Of a DNA stretch of 64,000 bases, positions 53,201 through 63,760 are shown in pieces. This DNA comes from Octopus bimaculoides. Taxonomy: Eukaryota. The position numbers were made by a program, and so were the translations under genes. The stretch covers positions 43,297,062 to 43,361,061 of the forward strand of contig NC_068991.1 in NCBI RefSeq assembly GCF_001194135.2. Direction: 5' to 3'. Position 1 is the first letter of the stretch; each line of letters begins with the position of its first letter. Below the pieces are notes generated by a model. That model saw only the letters and a program-made list of their open reading frames with translations. It searched no databases and was not told the origin of the DNA.

Positions 53201-55348
53201 GAAACACTTGCTAATGAAACCCTACAAGCTGCAGTTTGTTCAGGCCATAACAGCTGATGACAACCAAAAACGCAAACAATTTTGTGTTGATATGCAAGAG
53301 AAACTTGAAGAAGCTGAGTTCAATGAGGCCACATTTCATTCGAATGGCAAAATCAATAAGCATAATGTTCGCATTTGGGGCAAAGAAAATCCCCATACTA
53401 CAGTTGAGCATGAGAGGGACTCACCAAAAGTGAATGTGTTCTGTGCTATCTCCAAGAAGCGTGTTCATGGCCCAATTTTCTTTGAGGGAAATGTGACTGT
53501 GCAAATGCTTAAGAACTAACTAACAGATGAACTCATTGCAAATGAAAATGAAGACTTTGTTTTTCAACAGGACAGGGCTCCATCTCACTGGAACCTCACT
53601 GTGCAGGCTTATCTCAATGACAATCTGCGAGGAAGATGGATCAGGTGTACAGGTGATGAAGACAACGTGCTGTTGAAATGGCTGCCACATTCACCTGACC
53701 TGACACCTTGCGATTTTTTTCTCTGGGGCTATGTGAAGGGCTTAGTCTATGTTCCCCCTCTTCCTACAAACCTAGAGGAATTGATCAGAGAAATACTGCC
53801 ACACTGGAGACTGTTACCCAAGACATGCTGCAGTGTGTTTGGGTGGAGCTGGACTACCGACTTGACATGTGCTGTGTCTCAGGCGGTGCACATATTGAAC
53901 ATTTGTGAAATCTTTCATGGGATCCACATACTTTTGAATTTCTCATTCAAATTTGGAAGAATAAATCTTATGTTGCTCAACATTAAACCTGTTTAGTTTC
54001 ATTCACTTTGACTATGTAGTTTCTGTGAAAGTTACATCTCAAATGAGATCAAATTTTTTGAATGTAAAGAAGTATATATANNNNNNNNNNNNNNNNNNNN
54101 NNNNNNNNNNNNNNNNNNNNNNNNNNNNNNNNNNNNNNNNNNNNNNNNNNNNNNNNNNNNNNNNNNNNNNNNNNNNNNNNNNNNNNNNNNNNNNNNNNNN
54201 NNNNATATATATATACATACATAAGGCGCAGAAGTGACTGTGGTAAGTAGCTTGCTTACCAAAGTTATTTCATGCTACTGCTATACATTTATCAGCCACA
54301 ATTTGCTCTCAGAAAGGTAAATAGTAGTTTGTAAGTATGTGGACTAAAGTAGTATGTTGATGGTAACAATTACAAGTATTGTATGTACTGTGCCATTGTG
54401 TGGCACCTTGGACAAGTGTCTTCTACTATAGCCTCAGGCTGACCAAAGCCTTGTGAGTGGATTTGGTAGATGGAAACTGAAAGAAGTCCATTGTATATAT
54501 ATATATATGTGGATATGTTTGTGTGTCTGTGATTATTCCCCAACCATCGCTTGACAACCAATGTTGGTGTGTTTACGTCCCTCATAACTTAATGGTTTGG
54601 CAAAAGTGACCAACAGAATAAGTACTAGGCTTACAAAGATTAAGTCCTGGGGTCGATTTGTTCGACTAAAGGCGGTGCTCCAGCATGGCTGCAATCAAAT
54701 GACCAAATTGAATATAAGAATAAAATGTTAAAAGGTTTACTTTTTGGGAGATTCTAGGCGCATCTTATAATGTTCCATTATTTTCTCTTCTAGTCTCTCT
54801 TTCTGCCGGCGCAATTCAGCAAATTTCTCTCTGTAATTAGAAACATTAATTAGCAAGTATTACTAGGATTAGAAAGAGTGGTGATGTTGTGTGAGCTAAA
54901 CTAGATATCTAATAATATTAAAGTTTACTGCTTTACTGTTATGAGTACAAATTCTTCCAGAGTCAGTATTACTTTTAATCTACTGGATCTAATAAAATAT
55001 TATACAGTTTTCATTACTTTTAATTAAAATTTCTTGGATTAACACTTCAAGTGTGCTAACATCCATTTTAATATTATATAATAGCTTATTTGATAAAGAG
55101 TTCATTTTACTTCTCGTTCACATGAAATTTGGAAAATAAGTACTAGTAAAACATTGAATGCTATGATTACTTTTGGATTCTAGAAATTAAATCTTAAGAG
55201 ACTAATTTTTCTTAGGGCAACGGAAGTAGCAAAGAGAGTAAAGAGCTAAATGAATGCTTTATTACAACTACATCAGTGCCCCATGTTAAAAACTTGCAAA
55301 ATTTGACCTTTGGCCTTTTAAATCTTCAGTTTATGTGTTCATCATCAT

Positions 55349-55383
<35 letters not shown>

Positions 55384-58300
55384 CGCCCTCCCCCACCAAA
55401 AAACCCCCCAACATATACATACTATTATGGTCTGTGCTAAAGCACAGACCATTGCATGGAACAGATACTGCATTTCACCTTCATCTTAAGTCACTCAGTT
55501 ACACACCCTTTCCTTCATCCTCCTACTGTCTATACAAAACACCATCTGATCTCATTATATAGCTGTAGATTTTTGAAATTTTTAAAGCTGTATTAAATCT
55601 GTTGCCTTTATTTTTTATTGTAATAGTTAATTGCATTGCTGGTTACATGCTTCCAATGCACCAATTACTGGTTAAGTGCTACCCAAACTGGGGTACTCTC
55701 CCTAGAATGTTGGCACTCTAAATTTACTTGCAACTGTCAACTTACAACTGTTTAAAAATAGACAATAACCCCATTTCTCACCAGTCTAGAATGAGTTGTA
55801 CTTTGTCAATGACATATAAGAGAAAACAGCCCATGTCATGGGCACAGCCCCTGTTATAGGCACAGCCCCTGTTATAGGCACAGCTCTTTCCTCCAGACCC
55901 AGACAATAAAACACAAAACAGAATTTCTGATGGGCTTTTGCTCAGTTTATGACTACCAAATTTCATTCACAAGAAACTGGTTGACCTGAAGTTATGGTAG
56001 AAGATCTGTCAGAATACCATGCAGTGAAGCCAACCTTGAACTACAGGGGTGCCAAGTGAAATTAACCAAACAACCATGCCTGTACTTATTTTCCAGTTAA
56101 GAAATATTTTAGTCCCAGGTGTAATTGTTAACTAACAACCTTCCTAACTCCACTCTTCATTACAGAGATTACAGAGTGCAGCTTCCATCTCCAGCTCCCT
56201 ACATTGGATTCATCATCTAACCAGCTGACTTGTTCACTGTATGTATCAGCCCTTGATCCATATCCATTCAAATTATTTCTTATCTGTATTGTTTTTATAT
56301 AATTAAGCTTCAAACCCGATATTTCATGTTACTGCTATAGACTTATCAGCCACTATTTCCTCTCAGAAAGGTAAATAGTGGTTTGTAAGTATGTGGACTA
56401 AAGTAGTATGTTGATGGCAACAATTACATGTATTGTATGTACTGTGCCTCAAGGAAACTTCTAAGCCTCTATTTGCAGAGCATAATGGAGTAAGTTAAAA
56501 AAAATAGAGAACAACTTAGAACTGGATTATTGAGTGAAATAAATAATGATGTGTAGTTAGGTGATTTGAAATGCACAAGTACAAAAATAGATACTTACTG
56601 ATAAGCTTTTGCAGTCTCTGCATGCTGGTCTTTACTGTTGAGAGCTTCACTGAGAAGCTCTTGATTTTGGTTTATCAAAGTCTTCATCTGATACAGCAAT
56701 TGGTTATTTTCTTCTTCCATCTTTTGATTCATTTGATCAATTGCCTGAACAAAAATAGTTTAAAAAATGTTAATATCTGGTTAGATTATCACTTAGCATT
56801 CAGAAAAGTCATAGCACACTACACAGTTCAAAGGTGTTTGAAAAAGAAAATTGTTCATGTTAAACATTGTTCTGCTATTTTCATAAACATTTGAAGTAAC
56901 TATTCCACAGCTTTGTGTTCTTCAAAATGCTTATCATTCAGCAGTGGAATAGTGGTGGTGGTGGTGGTGGTTTATTTTTCTTTTAGATTTGATAGAAAGT
57001 AGCAGTGAGCAATGTTTAGCCAAGGTAATCTAATCCTTTTGATACCAAACCATCTAATATATATGATACAAATTTTCTGTTTTAGAGACTCTGAATTAAA
57101 ATCTTCCATCATAACTTCATGTTGATCTATGTTTCAAACACTAACTAAATAATGGTAAATATATTTTACTAAATTCTTCATGATTTTCAAAATTAACTGA
57201 AACAAAGGCAGTTTATTTCAGTAGAAATATGGTAACAAAAGGGCAAAAGAACCACATCAATCCTCAAGTCAGAGATTTCAAGAAAAGAAAAAAAAAAGAA
57301 AAAAAGAAAAACATCCCATGGTGTACAAAATAAATACATTGGACCTTTTATTTTAATTCCAGCATTTGAGCCAATATGGAATGGAAAACTCAGTTGATAA
57401 CCCAGTTTTTAGTGCTGGTATTCTAATAGAACAACTCAGCAGTTTCCGTCAAATTGGTTGTTAATAGGAAAGACATCCAGCTGTAAAAATTCTAGCCATA
57501 AATCATGATAAAGTACGTAGGATTGAGGAAAGAATACAGTCTTTAAGACAGACAATCCATGTTAGCATAAAAAAATAATGTACAAGGGAATACTGATAAG
57601 GAAACAATTTGACTTTTGTTGATTAAAACTAAGAATATTCAGGAAGATGACTTTTATAAACTTGCATTTCTTGTTGAAACAGTTGTTAGGGTATAAAATT
57701 TGCTTTCAAATATTGATGTAAAAAAAAAAAAATAAAGGTAGGAGAAAAAAAAGCTGCTTCAGACCCATATATTTTTTTTGCAATGAAATCACTTGAAATA
57801 GCTGGATCAACATTCTTTTATATACTGTGTATATTCTTTAGATATACTTTTCTTTTACATTTATATAATATGTATATATACTTTTATACATTTGTTTTCA
57901 ATTCATCTATGTTGATATATATAATGACCATATAACAGTATAATGGTACTGCTATCAACTGTAGACTGCATAATGTTGGTTTATTCTTAACATAATTTAC
58001 AGTTAGAATAGTTTTATATCTAATAGTTTAAAAGTGTAATAAATGGGAGTGATATTTTCCGATGGTACTGAGTAGATAAATTAGGAGTAGCAGGGGAAAG
58101 AGAAAGGCAAATAATTCAGTTCAAGGATGAATTCAGCTAAGCAGAGGAATGTAGTGGTGATGGCAGTGCTACTGCAAGGTTAGGAGATGTTGTAGCCCTC
58201 ACAAAGTGCTTCAAACAGTTATGTCTGGAAGTGGTTAACCTATTGATCACAAGAATTATAGTTAGAAGAAAAGACAGCAAGTAATAGCATAGTTAATGGC

Positions 58301-60445
58301 CATGGAATTGAATTGATTATAAAGTTGCAAACTCGATTTGAAGAACAGGAAGGAAATTGGGAAAAGTTTATGCAAACTATAATATAAACTGCTTCAAATA
58401 TGAAACAAATGTAGCTTTTACTTACTTCACAACGAGTGGCTAGTTTTGTCATCTCAAGATCGGTATTGCTGAGCTGCTCCCTGCTTTCTGCAGCATCTCC
58501 TTGAAGTTCAGTGTAACGGAGTTGCAAATCATTATATTCAGTTTTTATTCTCTTGTACTCCACTCCAAGATCTTGATGCTCCTTTTCCAAACGCTCATAT
58601 GCTGTGTGCAAATTATCATATTTGTTCCTCATATGATTATAATCCATTTGCAGGTTACTCAGTGACTTGGACTCTACTTTCAACTGTTCCCTCTCTTTCT
58701 CAAGCATTTCTCGCAGCTTAGTGATATCATTCTTGCCTCGAAGTAAAATAGATAGTTGATCTTGTAGGTCTTTCATTTCACCACAACTTGACTTATGTGT
58801 GGTTTTCAGAGACCCATGCTCAGAAATAAGGGACTCATATTCAGTGGTAAGATCATCATGGAGCTTTTGCAAAGTTTCATGTGCAGAAACTAAAGAGTCA
58901 TATTTGTTTTGTAGTTCTTCAATACGCTGCAAATTTCTCTCATTCTCTAGATCTGCATTGTTCAACTGAGATTGCAATGTGGAGTTCTGTGCTTGCAGTG
59001 ATGTGCATTGCGTCTGTAAGGTTTTGTTCTCTACTTCAATCTTTGCATGCTGTGAATGGCTGGTGTTATTTTGTTCATGAAGTGTACTTAACTGATATTG
59101 AAGCTTGTGGTAATCATTATCCTTTTTAGCTATTTGTTGATCTATTATTTCTAGTTGGCGCTTAAGGTTTTTATTTTCAGCCAGCAATGTAGCATTCTGC
59201 AACAAAATAGTATGAGAAAGGTCTTTAAAAAAATGATATAATTTCATGGAAGATATCTTTTTCTTAATCAGTTAAGTTTGAACTGAATACAAAATTAAAT
59301 GTTCATAGTGTTTTGGAGAGAATACTAATTTCAAGAATGCAGTAAAAGATTAAGAAACTTAAAGGTATTTAAGTTTACATTTTAAATTCACAAATATTTT
59401 ATACAACAATGGTATAGAAACATGTTTACAAAGCAGATAGATACAATAGCATATTCTTTCACACAACTTCACTAACAATTATGAAGTAAAATTTATTAAC
59501 ACACTACACATATATGCATTTATGTATGCATATGTGTTGTGTTGTGTGTGTGTGTATTACTACTATATATATTTTAGAAGCCATAGCTTAGTGGTGCAAC
59601 TATTGTACTTCATTTAATGGGATTGTGGGTTCAAATCCAGCTATATGCACTTTTCTCTATGAAAATAAGGAAGCATAAAAATAGTGGAATATTATTATCA
59701 ATAGTTTCTGTGTGATTTCTGACCACAGTTACGATGGCTTACTTTTTAACAAAAATAAAAATAGTAGAAAACAACTCTCAGAAATACAGTACTATCTATG
59801 TGAACTTAAAGTATCAAAAACTTCACAAAAAATATAATTTCAAAAGAAGTTCTCTATTTTATGGTTCTCTATGAAATTCCAACTGCCTTATAGTTATCAA
59901 AAGGATCTTGGAAATTATTTTTGATCATATTTAAACATCTATATTAAATTGAAATAAAAAAAGTCTTTAGATGAAATTATTTTTACATGAAAGAAATGAA
60001 AAAGATATAGATTGTTATTTAAGTACTTACATCTCTTTCAACCTCAACCACTCTGTCTTTTATTTCCAAAATCTGTCTTGTAGGATTACTGATATTTACA
60101 ACAGATGATGTGTTCCTTCAAAAATAAAACCATTCATTTTTTAAATACATATCTGGACATATATGCATGTATACATTCATATACTCACACATAGCACACA
60201 CACACTCATTTATATACATATATTCGTATATGCAAATTATATTTGTGTATAATATGTGTGACTGTACATTCATGTGTATGTATCTTGAAAAGTTCCACCT
60301 AAATTTTATTGAAAATTTATTATTACTCTCAGTTTAACAGCTTAAAATCTCATGCGTGAAATATAGCTAACAACATAAATACACAAATTTTTATATAAAA
60401 GTATGAGAGAGAAAGGAAATTAAAGAGACAGTCTTAGGTTGATAC

Positions 60446-60485
<40 letters not shown>

Positions 60486-60974
60486 NNNNNNNNNNNNNNN
60501 NNNNNNNNNNNNNNNNNNNNNNNNNNNNNNNNNNNNNNNNNNNNNNNNNNNNNNNNNNNNNNNNNNNNNNNNNNNNNNNNNNNNNNNNNNNNNNNNNNNN
60601 NNNNNNNNNNNNNNNNNNNNNNNNNNNNNNNNNNNNNNNNNNNNNNNNNNNNNNNNNNNNNNNNNNNNNNNNNNNNNNNNNNNNNNNNNNNNNNNNNNNN
60701 NNNNNNNNNNNNNNNNNNNNNNNNNNNNNNNNNNNNNNNNNNNNNNNNNNNNNNNNNNNNNNNNNNNNNNNNNNNNNNNNNNNNNNNNNNNNNNNNNNNN
60801 NNNNNNNNNNNNNNNNNNNNNNNNNNNNNNNNNNNNNNNNNNNNNNNNNNNNNNNNNNNNNNNNNNNNNNNNNNNNNNNNNNNNNNNNNNNNNNNNNNNN
60901 NNNNNNNNNNNNNNNNNNNNNNNNNNNNNNNNNNNNNNNNNNNNNNNNNNNNNNNNNNNNNNNNNNNNNNNNNN

Positions 60975-61019
<45 letters not shown>

Positions 61020-63760
61020 TGGTAACAAGAAGATAATACAAAGAAAAAATGTGTAAAATGATAATGCATGAAAGAAAGTCTATTAACAATATTTAGGGAT
61101 GTACAGTGGAAAGAATTACATGTGGAAGATATATGTAACCAGTATATCTGTGTATATGTAAATATGCCAGTATGTAAATGTGTGTGTATGTGTTTGTGTA
61201 TACATATGTATATGTATATACATGTGTAGACACACACATATATTGAAGAAGTACAGTGAGAGGAAGCAGATGCAGAAAAAATATATAACAAGTAGTACCC
61301 ATCTTGGAACTCTTCTTCAAGTCGTTGTTTGAGTGATTCACAATCCCTCTTAACTGAGCGAAGTTCTTCTTGTAATTTCATGTTTCTGTTCTTGGACTCC
61401 TCTAGTCTAGATATACAAATGATTAAAAAAAAGTTATGAATAGTCAACTACTGATTGGTTCATAACCCAAGAAATAGAAATAAAAAATGTTCAAAAGAAA
61501 ACAATAGTGTGAAGTTGGGCTGGTTTGACTAATGAAAATGGAAAGATAATCAACACAAGTCAGCAGCAAAACTGTAATTGATTTTAATTTAGAAAGCTGC
61601 AATACAAATGATAAATATAGAGTAGTGCATCAACAACTGACAGCAGGTGTGGTAGTGGTGGTTAATATGTCTATCTATGTGAAAAAAAAAGGTAAACAAA
61701 CAATCTATTAGTATTGTGATGGTGACATAGTATATACTAGCTATATTGAGACAAGGGAATTGTAAATACTAGGTGACAACAAAAAGAAAAACATGTAATG
61801 ATAATAATGAACAAAATATATGAATTTTTTTATTAAATAAAGAAGAAAATGGGGAAATGATGGGAAACTAGGGTGAAATAACAATGGCAATGAGGAAGCA
61901 ATGTGAAGTGAATGTAGAATGAGCGGGTTAAGTTTTGGGAGGGAATGTTAGTCAATTAGTGTCTAATACATCCTGGAATCTTCATATAGGTGACACGCAT
62001 TCTGTTTATATCTTGAATAAATGAAACTATTGACATGTCATTTTGACAATGGATATTTATTTTCCACGAAAACAAAATCACACACACACATTCAGGCCTA
62101 CAAGGACATCCACACATGCATAAATTGCTTTCACTCACACACAAATGGATGCCAATAATGAAATGTACATGCATAAATTGTTTTCACTTACAAATGCACA
62201 CAAAAGATTTTCCAGGGATAAGAAGAGACAGAGCAGAAACGTGATAAATGAATACAAAACAGTTTTTAATAATTTACATAAATAAATTAGAGCAAAGCTG
62301 TGTGTGGGGGTATCAAATGTTTAATGATAAAGCATAACTTCTAAAAAAACAAACAAACAAAAAGACAACACTACATTTGAATAATAATAGTTTAGTTTAT
62401 AAAGTAAAGCAGATCTTCTGTGTGTGTGTGTGTGTGTGTGTGCATGCGTGCACATGCAAAAGTGTTTTATTGTTTGGGATACATTTGATATGTAATAAAA
62501 CTTAGTACAACCAAACTCTAGACAGCAGAAGAATGAGGTGAGGAATTTTAACCTAATTAAATAAATTTGAGAACAGCTTGCGATGAAATATTTCAAACTA
62601 AAAATATTAAACTTGCAATTGATGTTAAGTTATAATATAAGATTGATATGAATCTTTTCTCATAGCTAAAAGCCAGAATTCAACTTTCAAAATATTTAAG
62701 CAGAATGTTAATAGCTTCACCAGCCTTGGCGGGGCTGCAAAGAGCATGGCCTTTCCCTCCAAATCTGGATAATTAAAAAATCCAGGAAACTAATAGTGGT
62801 CTGCATCAGCAAAATTTGTATTTATTGCTTAAGTTTAAAGTTAAAAAAAAACAAAAAACATTTGAGCTGCATTTTCTTTCTTGATGTGAAAGAAAAGAAG
62901 ATATATATGTATATTTCTAATAGTTGTATTTAGTTGTATAAGGATATCACAATTTCTAGTAAAGTTTCTTGCTTTTCTTTTCCTTTTTCTAACACAGACT
63001 AAACTAATCAGCCTATTCATAGCAGTTGTAACACCAACAGCACACACTTGGAAGGTAACATTATGTATATAGGCATGTAAAACCAAAAATGGCAACTAAA
63101 CTTATTGCAAAGATATTGATTAATATATGCCATACAGGGGTCGGGGGATAATGTCAAACATTTAAGGCTTAATGAGATACTTTAAAAATACCAAATTAAA
63201 TTCATCTTCCTACCTGGTTAATGTTTAACTTTAATCTTTAAGGTTAAAGTGAGTTTAACTGTTACAGGATACAGTATATGCTTTTTCTTAAATTTGCAAT
63301 TAGTATATCTTTTACTTGTTTCAGTCATTAGACTGTAGCCATGCTGGAGCTACACCATAATCGTTAAATTTCTCAAGGGATTTGATCCAGATCAGATATT
63401 TTTTAAGTTGTTGAAATAGAGCATATTGATACATTGTATATATAAATATATATATGTCTGTGTGTGTGTGAGCACATATATTATTATTAAGACTATCATA
63501 GTGTATAAGGAGCAAATATGTCAATTCAGAAATGTTTTAATGAGACCATGAAGTACACAACTATATCAGACATAATTTTTATAAAATTATATTTCATTTC
63601 TAGAAAAGATTAACAAAAAAATCTTACTTAAAATATCACTGAGTAAAATATTATTTGTCTTGTGCCTTACCTACTCTCCAATGAAAGAATCTTGTCCTCT
63701 TTTATTTCTGTATTTTTCTTTATAGCATCTTGCATCATATTTTCAAAGATCTGGAACCGA
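18070..63760 (-). CDS. CCDC88A/CCDC88C: CCDC88 family protein (Girdin/Daple co-orthologue), 3' part of gene, 11 coding exons; 5' end lies beyond the window
   Basis: Phase-consistent exons encode a Girdin-like coiled coil (LRRQKERLEEKIMEHYK, EYESLISEHGSLK), a GBA motif SPGSELLTLEQFLKESN and a C-terminal VWYEYGCV as in Daple. Confidence 0.95.
20299..20432 (-). CDS. CCDC88A/CCDC88C: CCDC88 exon carrying the GBA motif (KMADVDDDYHRSPSTIHGRQSPGSELLTLEQFLKESNPDSPTLR)
   Basis: ctttcaaaag/gtaagt, phase 1-0; absent from the ORF track. Confidence 0.92.
21085..21300 (-). mobile_element. tRNA-derived SINE (family B), 5' half
   Basis: Homologous to 47780-47962 (ggctgtgtg...ccacatggtt...cagtcccact head). 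Confidence 0.7.
22190..23010 (+). mobile_element. Degenerate RTE-clade LINE fragment (RT N-terminal region)
   Basis: VDRAIKDMKTGKAAG, IINCYKGK.DA.DR and FVNLEKAF motifs with stops and frameshifts. Confidence 0.75.
25890..26380 (+). mobile_element. RTE LINE 3' end
   Basis: MCNVSVHVRQSASVLREKLG...RRLCCFGHVMR...RGKPMKTW, plus the tail ggcattaggaagggcatccagc...(gat)n shared with 42890-43045. Confidence 0.85.
29971..30039 (-). CDS. CCDC88A/CCDC88C: CCDC88 exon (SRSSEDLVNFDSASRDGTYSLG)
   Basis: gttctcag/gtagga, phase 1-1, bridges the flanking exons in frame. Confidence 0.75.
30843..30959 (-). CDS. Candidate in-frame cassette exon of CCDC88 (KVQKTNEKAHEVSFVKQNKSFMMSTTLLFYKLDSNNVR)
   Basis: ctcttccctccag acceptor, AG|GTAAC donor, 117 nt, phase 1-1, open only in the required frame of those checked; no homology recognised. 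Confidence 0.45.
31326..31465 (+). repeat. Two tandem truncated pogo/Tigger-like left ends (TACAGTAGTACCTCGGTTT...)
   Basis: Two similar ~55-bp units starting near 31326 and at 31410. Confidence 0.45.
32469..34745 (+). pseudogene. hAT transposase pseudogene (ZnF_TTF, DUF4371-like core, hATC dimerisation)
   Basis: WLEYSLSKKALFCLACRHF, ELPFRG, CDGTRD, SQCYDGASVMSG, YVHCLNH and FPNVY...SSTATCESSF; several stops and frameshifts, N-gap at 34198-34293. Confidence 0.9.
35018..35469. mobile_element. MULE/Mutator-like MITE nested in the hAT 3' end
   Basis: Perfect 9-bp TSD TGTTCAGCA (35009-35017, 35470-35478); imperfect TIRs with repeated GACAAAAGCCCC motifs; contains a SINE family B 3' tail at about 35260-35350. 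Confidence 0.7.
35662..35707 (-). ncRNA. Minimal type I hammerhead motif with GAAA mutated to AAAA (probably inactive)
   Basis: GACAC-CTGAAGA-a-GGCTG-gagggtatat-CAGCC-AAAA-CG-TT-GTGTT on the minus strand. Confidence 0.5.
35855..35893 (+). ncRNA. Minimal type I hammerhead ribozyme motif (stem II partly deleted)
   Basis: AACAC-CTGAAGA-aggttggagggtct-GAAA-CG-TT-GTGTT: stem I AACAC/GTGTT, both core boxes, palindromic ACGT stem III. Confidence 0.55.
36839..36896. repeat. (TAC)n microsatellite
   Basis: Direct reading. Confidence 0.95.
38772..38998. mobile_element. Mariner-derived MITE
   Basis: ~25-bp TIRs AGGGAGCTGAAAAGTTCCTGGCTTT (38774-38798) and AAAGCCAGGAACTTTTCAGCACCCCT (38968-38993). Confidence 0.8.
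41312..41577. repeat. Fold-back inverted duplication: arms 41312-41431 and 41459-41577, 27-nt loop
   Basis: Arms are reverse complements with about 4 differences; loop is TATGCTGATGACCTTGCTCTAATAGCT. Confidence 0.95.
42502..42880 (+). repeat. Six ~66-bp tandem units in the RTE 3' UTR
   Basis: Recurring CCTGACTGG...TGGCAYGTAAAAAGCAC motif. Confidence 0.9.
44207..44760 (+). repeat. Interspersed repeat (possible Penelope-like terminal repeat), homologous to 50250-50943 in the opposite orientation
   Basis: Shared segment actgtttcgttttcctgtcttgttttc.gtccgccacta...aatttaatttgtg...gggaaga..cattt.aacgatg. Confidence 0.7.
44760..45756 (+). mobile_element. Tc1/mariner DD37D (maT-type) element, 5'-truncated, with stops
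   Basis: ...Q*DSA...DLNPLDY with 37 residues between the 2nd and 3rd Asp; right TIR ...ACACACCCTG followed by TA. Confidence 0.85.
45835..46190 (+). mobile_element. Degenerate SINE family B copy
   Basis: Weak similarity to 54225-54722 with a central (TG)n; boundaries approximate. Confidence 0.5.
46965..47175 (-). mobile_element. tRNA-derived SINE (family A)
   Basis: Head aaggtggtgagctggcagaa...GAGTTCAAATTCC on the minus strand, CCTTTCATCCTTT core. Confidence 0.8.
47560..47962 (-). mobile_element. tRNA-derived SINE (family B), full length
   Basis: Head ggcgtaggagtggctgtgtggtaag...ggttccggg, central (TG)n, tail ...ccagcatggccacagtcaaatgactgaaacaagtaaaagagtaaa. Confidence 0.85.
48628..48748 (-). 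CDS. CCDC88A/CCDC88C: CCDC88 exon (VHRTKSKTNLTNSESPDNSSVGSGSCG...SGRRI)
   Basis: ttacttag/gtaagt, phase 0-1; DNSSVGS resembles Girdin DSSSVGS. Confidence 0.9.
49595..49646 (-). CDS. CCDC88A/CCDC88C: CCDC88 small exon (RSLGATLVRKARGIITR); alternative acceptor 6 nt inside at 49640
   Basis: ttcattgaag or acgcag acceptor, gtaagt donor, phase 2-0; basic segment like Girdin WITLKMRKLIK. Confidence 0.85.
49980..50130 (-). mobile_element. RTE/SINE shared 3' tail fragment
   Basis: Reverse complement of ttggtgttaggaagggcatccagc...aacccatgccagcatgga...gatgat. Confidence 0.75.
50250..50943 (-). repeat. Second copy of the 44.2-44.8 kb repeat family, inverted
   Basis: Reverse-complement similarity to 44207-44760; ends at an N-gap. 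Confidence 0.7.
51830..52290 (+). mobile_element. Penelope-like element reverse transcriptase fragment
   Basis: FRFDNKTYRQLKGMAMG...YANL, FLDDCF and FTTE.....LLFLDI are PLE-type RT motifs. Confidence 0.85.
52340..52440. mobile_element. hAT-Charlie-like terminal fragment
   Basis: Ends ...gaccccagtttGAGAACCACTG (reverse complement CAGTGGTTCTC, a Charlie-type TIR); partner end not found. Confidence 0.5.
52779..53991 (+). mobile_element. Tc1/mariner element of the rosa (DD41D-related) group, degenerate
   Basis: TA|CAGGGTG left end; MAFTGREKAFCVL..., QQDRAPSH...SPDLTPCDFFLWGYVK; degenerate right TIR. Confidence 0.85.
54225..54722 (+). mobile_element. SINE family B copy whose head is interrupted by a 129-bp foreign segment
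   Basis: Homologous to 47560-47962 except at 54266-54394. Confidence 0.8.
54741..54830 (-). CDS. CCDC88A/CCDC88C: CCDC88 exon (EKFAELRRQKERLEEKIMEHYKMRLESPK)
   Basis: attacag/gtaaac, phase 2-2, highly conserved family segment. Confidence 0.95.
55841..55884. repeat. 18-bp tandem repeat (GGCACAGCCCCTGTTATA x2.4)
   Basis: Direct reading. Confidence 0.9.
56320..56448 (+). repeat. 129-bp segment duplicated at 54266-54394
   Basis: Ungapped match with about 8 mismatches. Confidence 0.9.
56599..56744 (-). CDS. CCDC88A/CCDC88C: CCDC88 exon (AIDQMNQKMEEENNQLLYQM...SKDQHAETAKAY)
   Basis: ttgttcag/gtaagt, phase 0-2. Confidence 0.92.
58426..59196 (-). CDS. CCDC88A/CCDC88C: CCDC88 large coiled-coil exon (NATLLAENKNLK...TKLATRCE), 257 codons
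   Basis: ttgttgcag/gtaagt, phase 0-0, heptad composition. Confidence 0.95.
60031..60115 (-). CDS. CCDC88A/CCDC88C: CCDC88 exon (NTSSVVNISNPTRQILEIKDRVVEVERD)
   Basis: tttttgaag/gtaagt, phase 2-0; resembles Girdin TRELLKVKDRLIEVERN; absent from the ORF track. Confidence 0.9.
61299..61406 (-). CDS. CCDC88A/CCDC88C: CCDC88 exon (LEESKNRNMKLQEELRSVKRDCESLKQRLEEEFQD)
   Basis: tatctag/gtacta, phase 2-2, coiled coil. Confidence 0.88.
63310..63395 (-). mobile_element. SINE family B 3' fragment
   Basis: tttacttgtttcagtcattagactgtagccatgctggagc matches 47570-47610. Confidence 0.7.
63671..63760 (-). CDS. CCDC88A/CCDC88C: CCDC88 exon (RFQIFENMMQDAIKKNTEIKEDKILSLES)
   Basis: cactgcag/gtaagg, phase 2-2; resembles Girdin ...EIKEEKIAALEAR. 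Confidence 0.9.

Noticed and set aside
59580-59650. tRNA-like sequence with A box TAGCTTAGTGG and B box GGTTCAAATCC
   Set aside because: I could not build a cloverleaf with acceptor and anticodon stems; most likely a decayed SINE head.
60391-61089. Long ORFs of X and IYIY, also at 50505-51419, 54025-54262 and 43987-44294
   Set aside because: Artefacts of N-gaps and (TA)n microsatellites.
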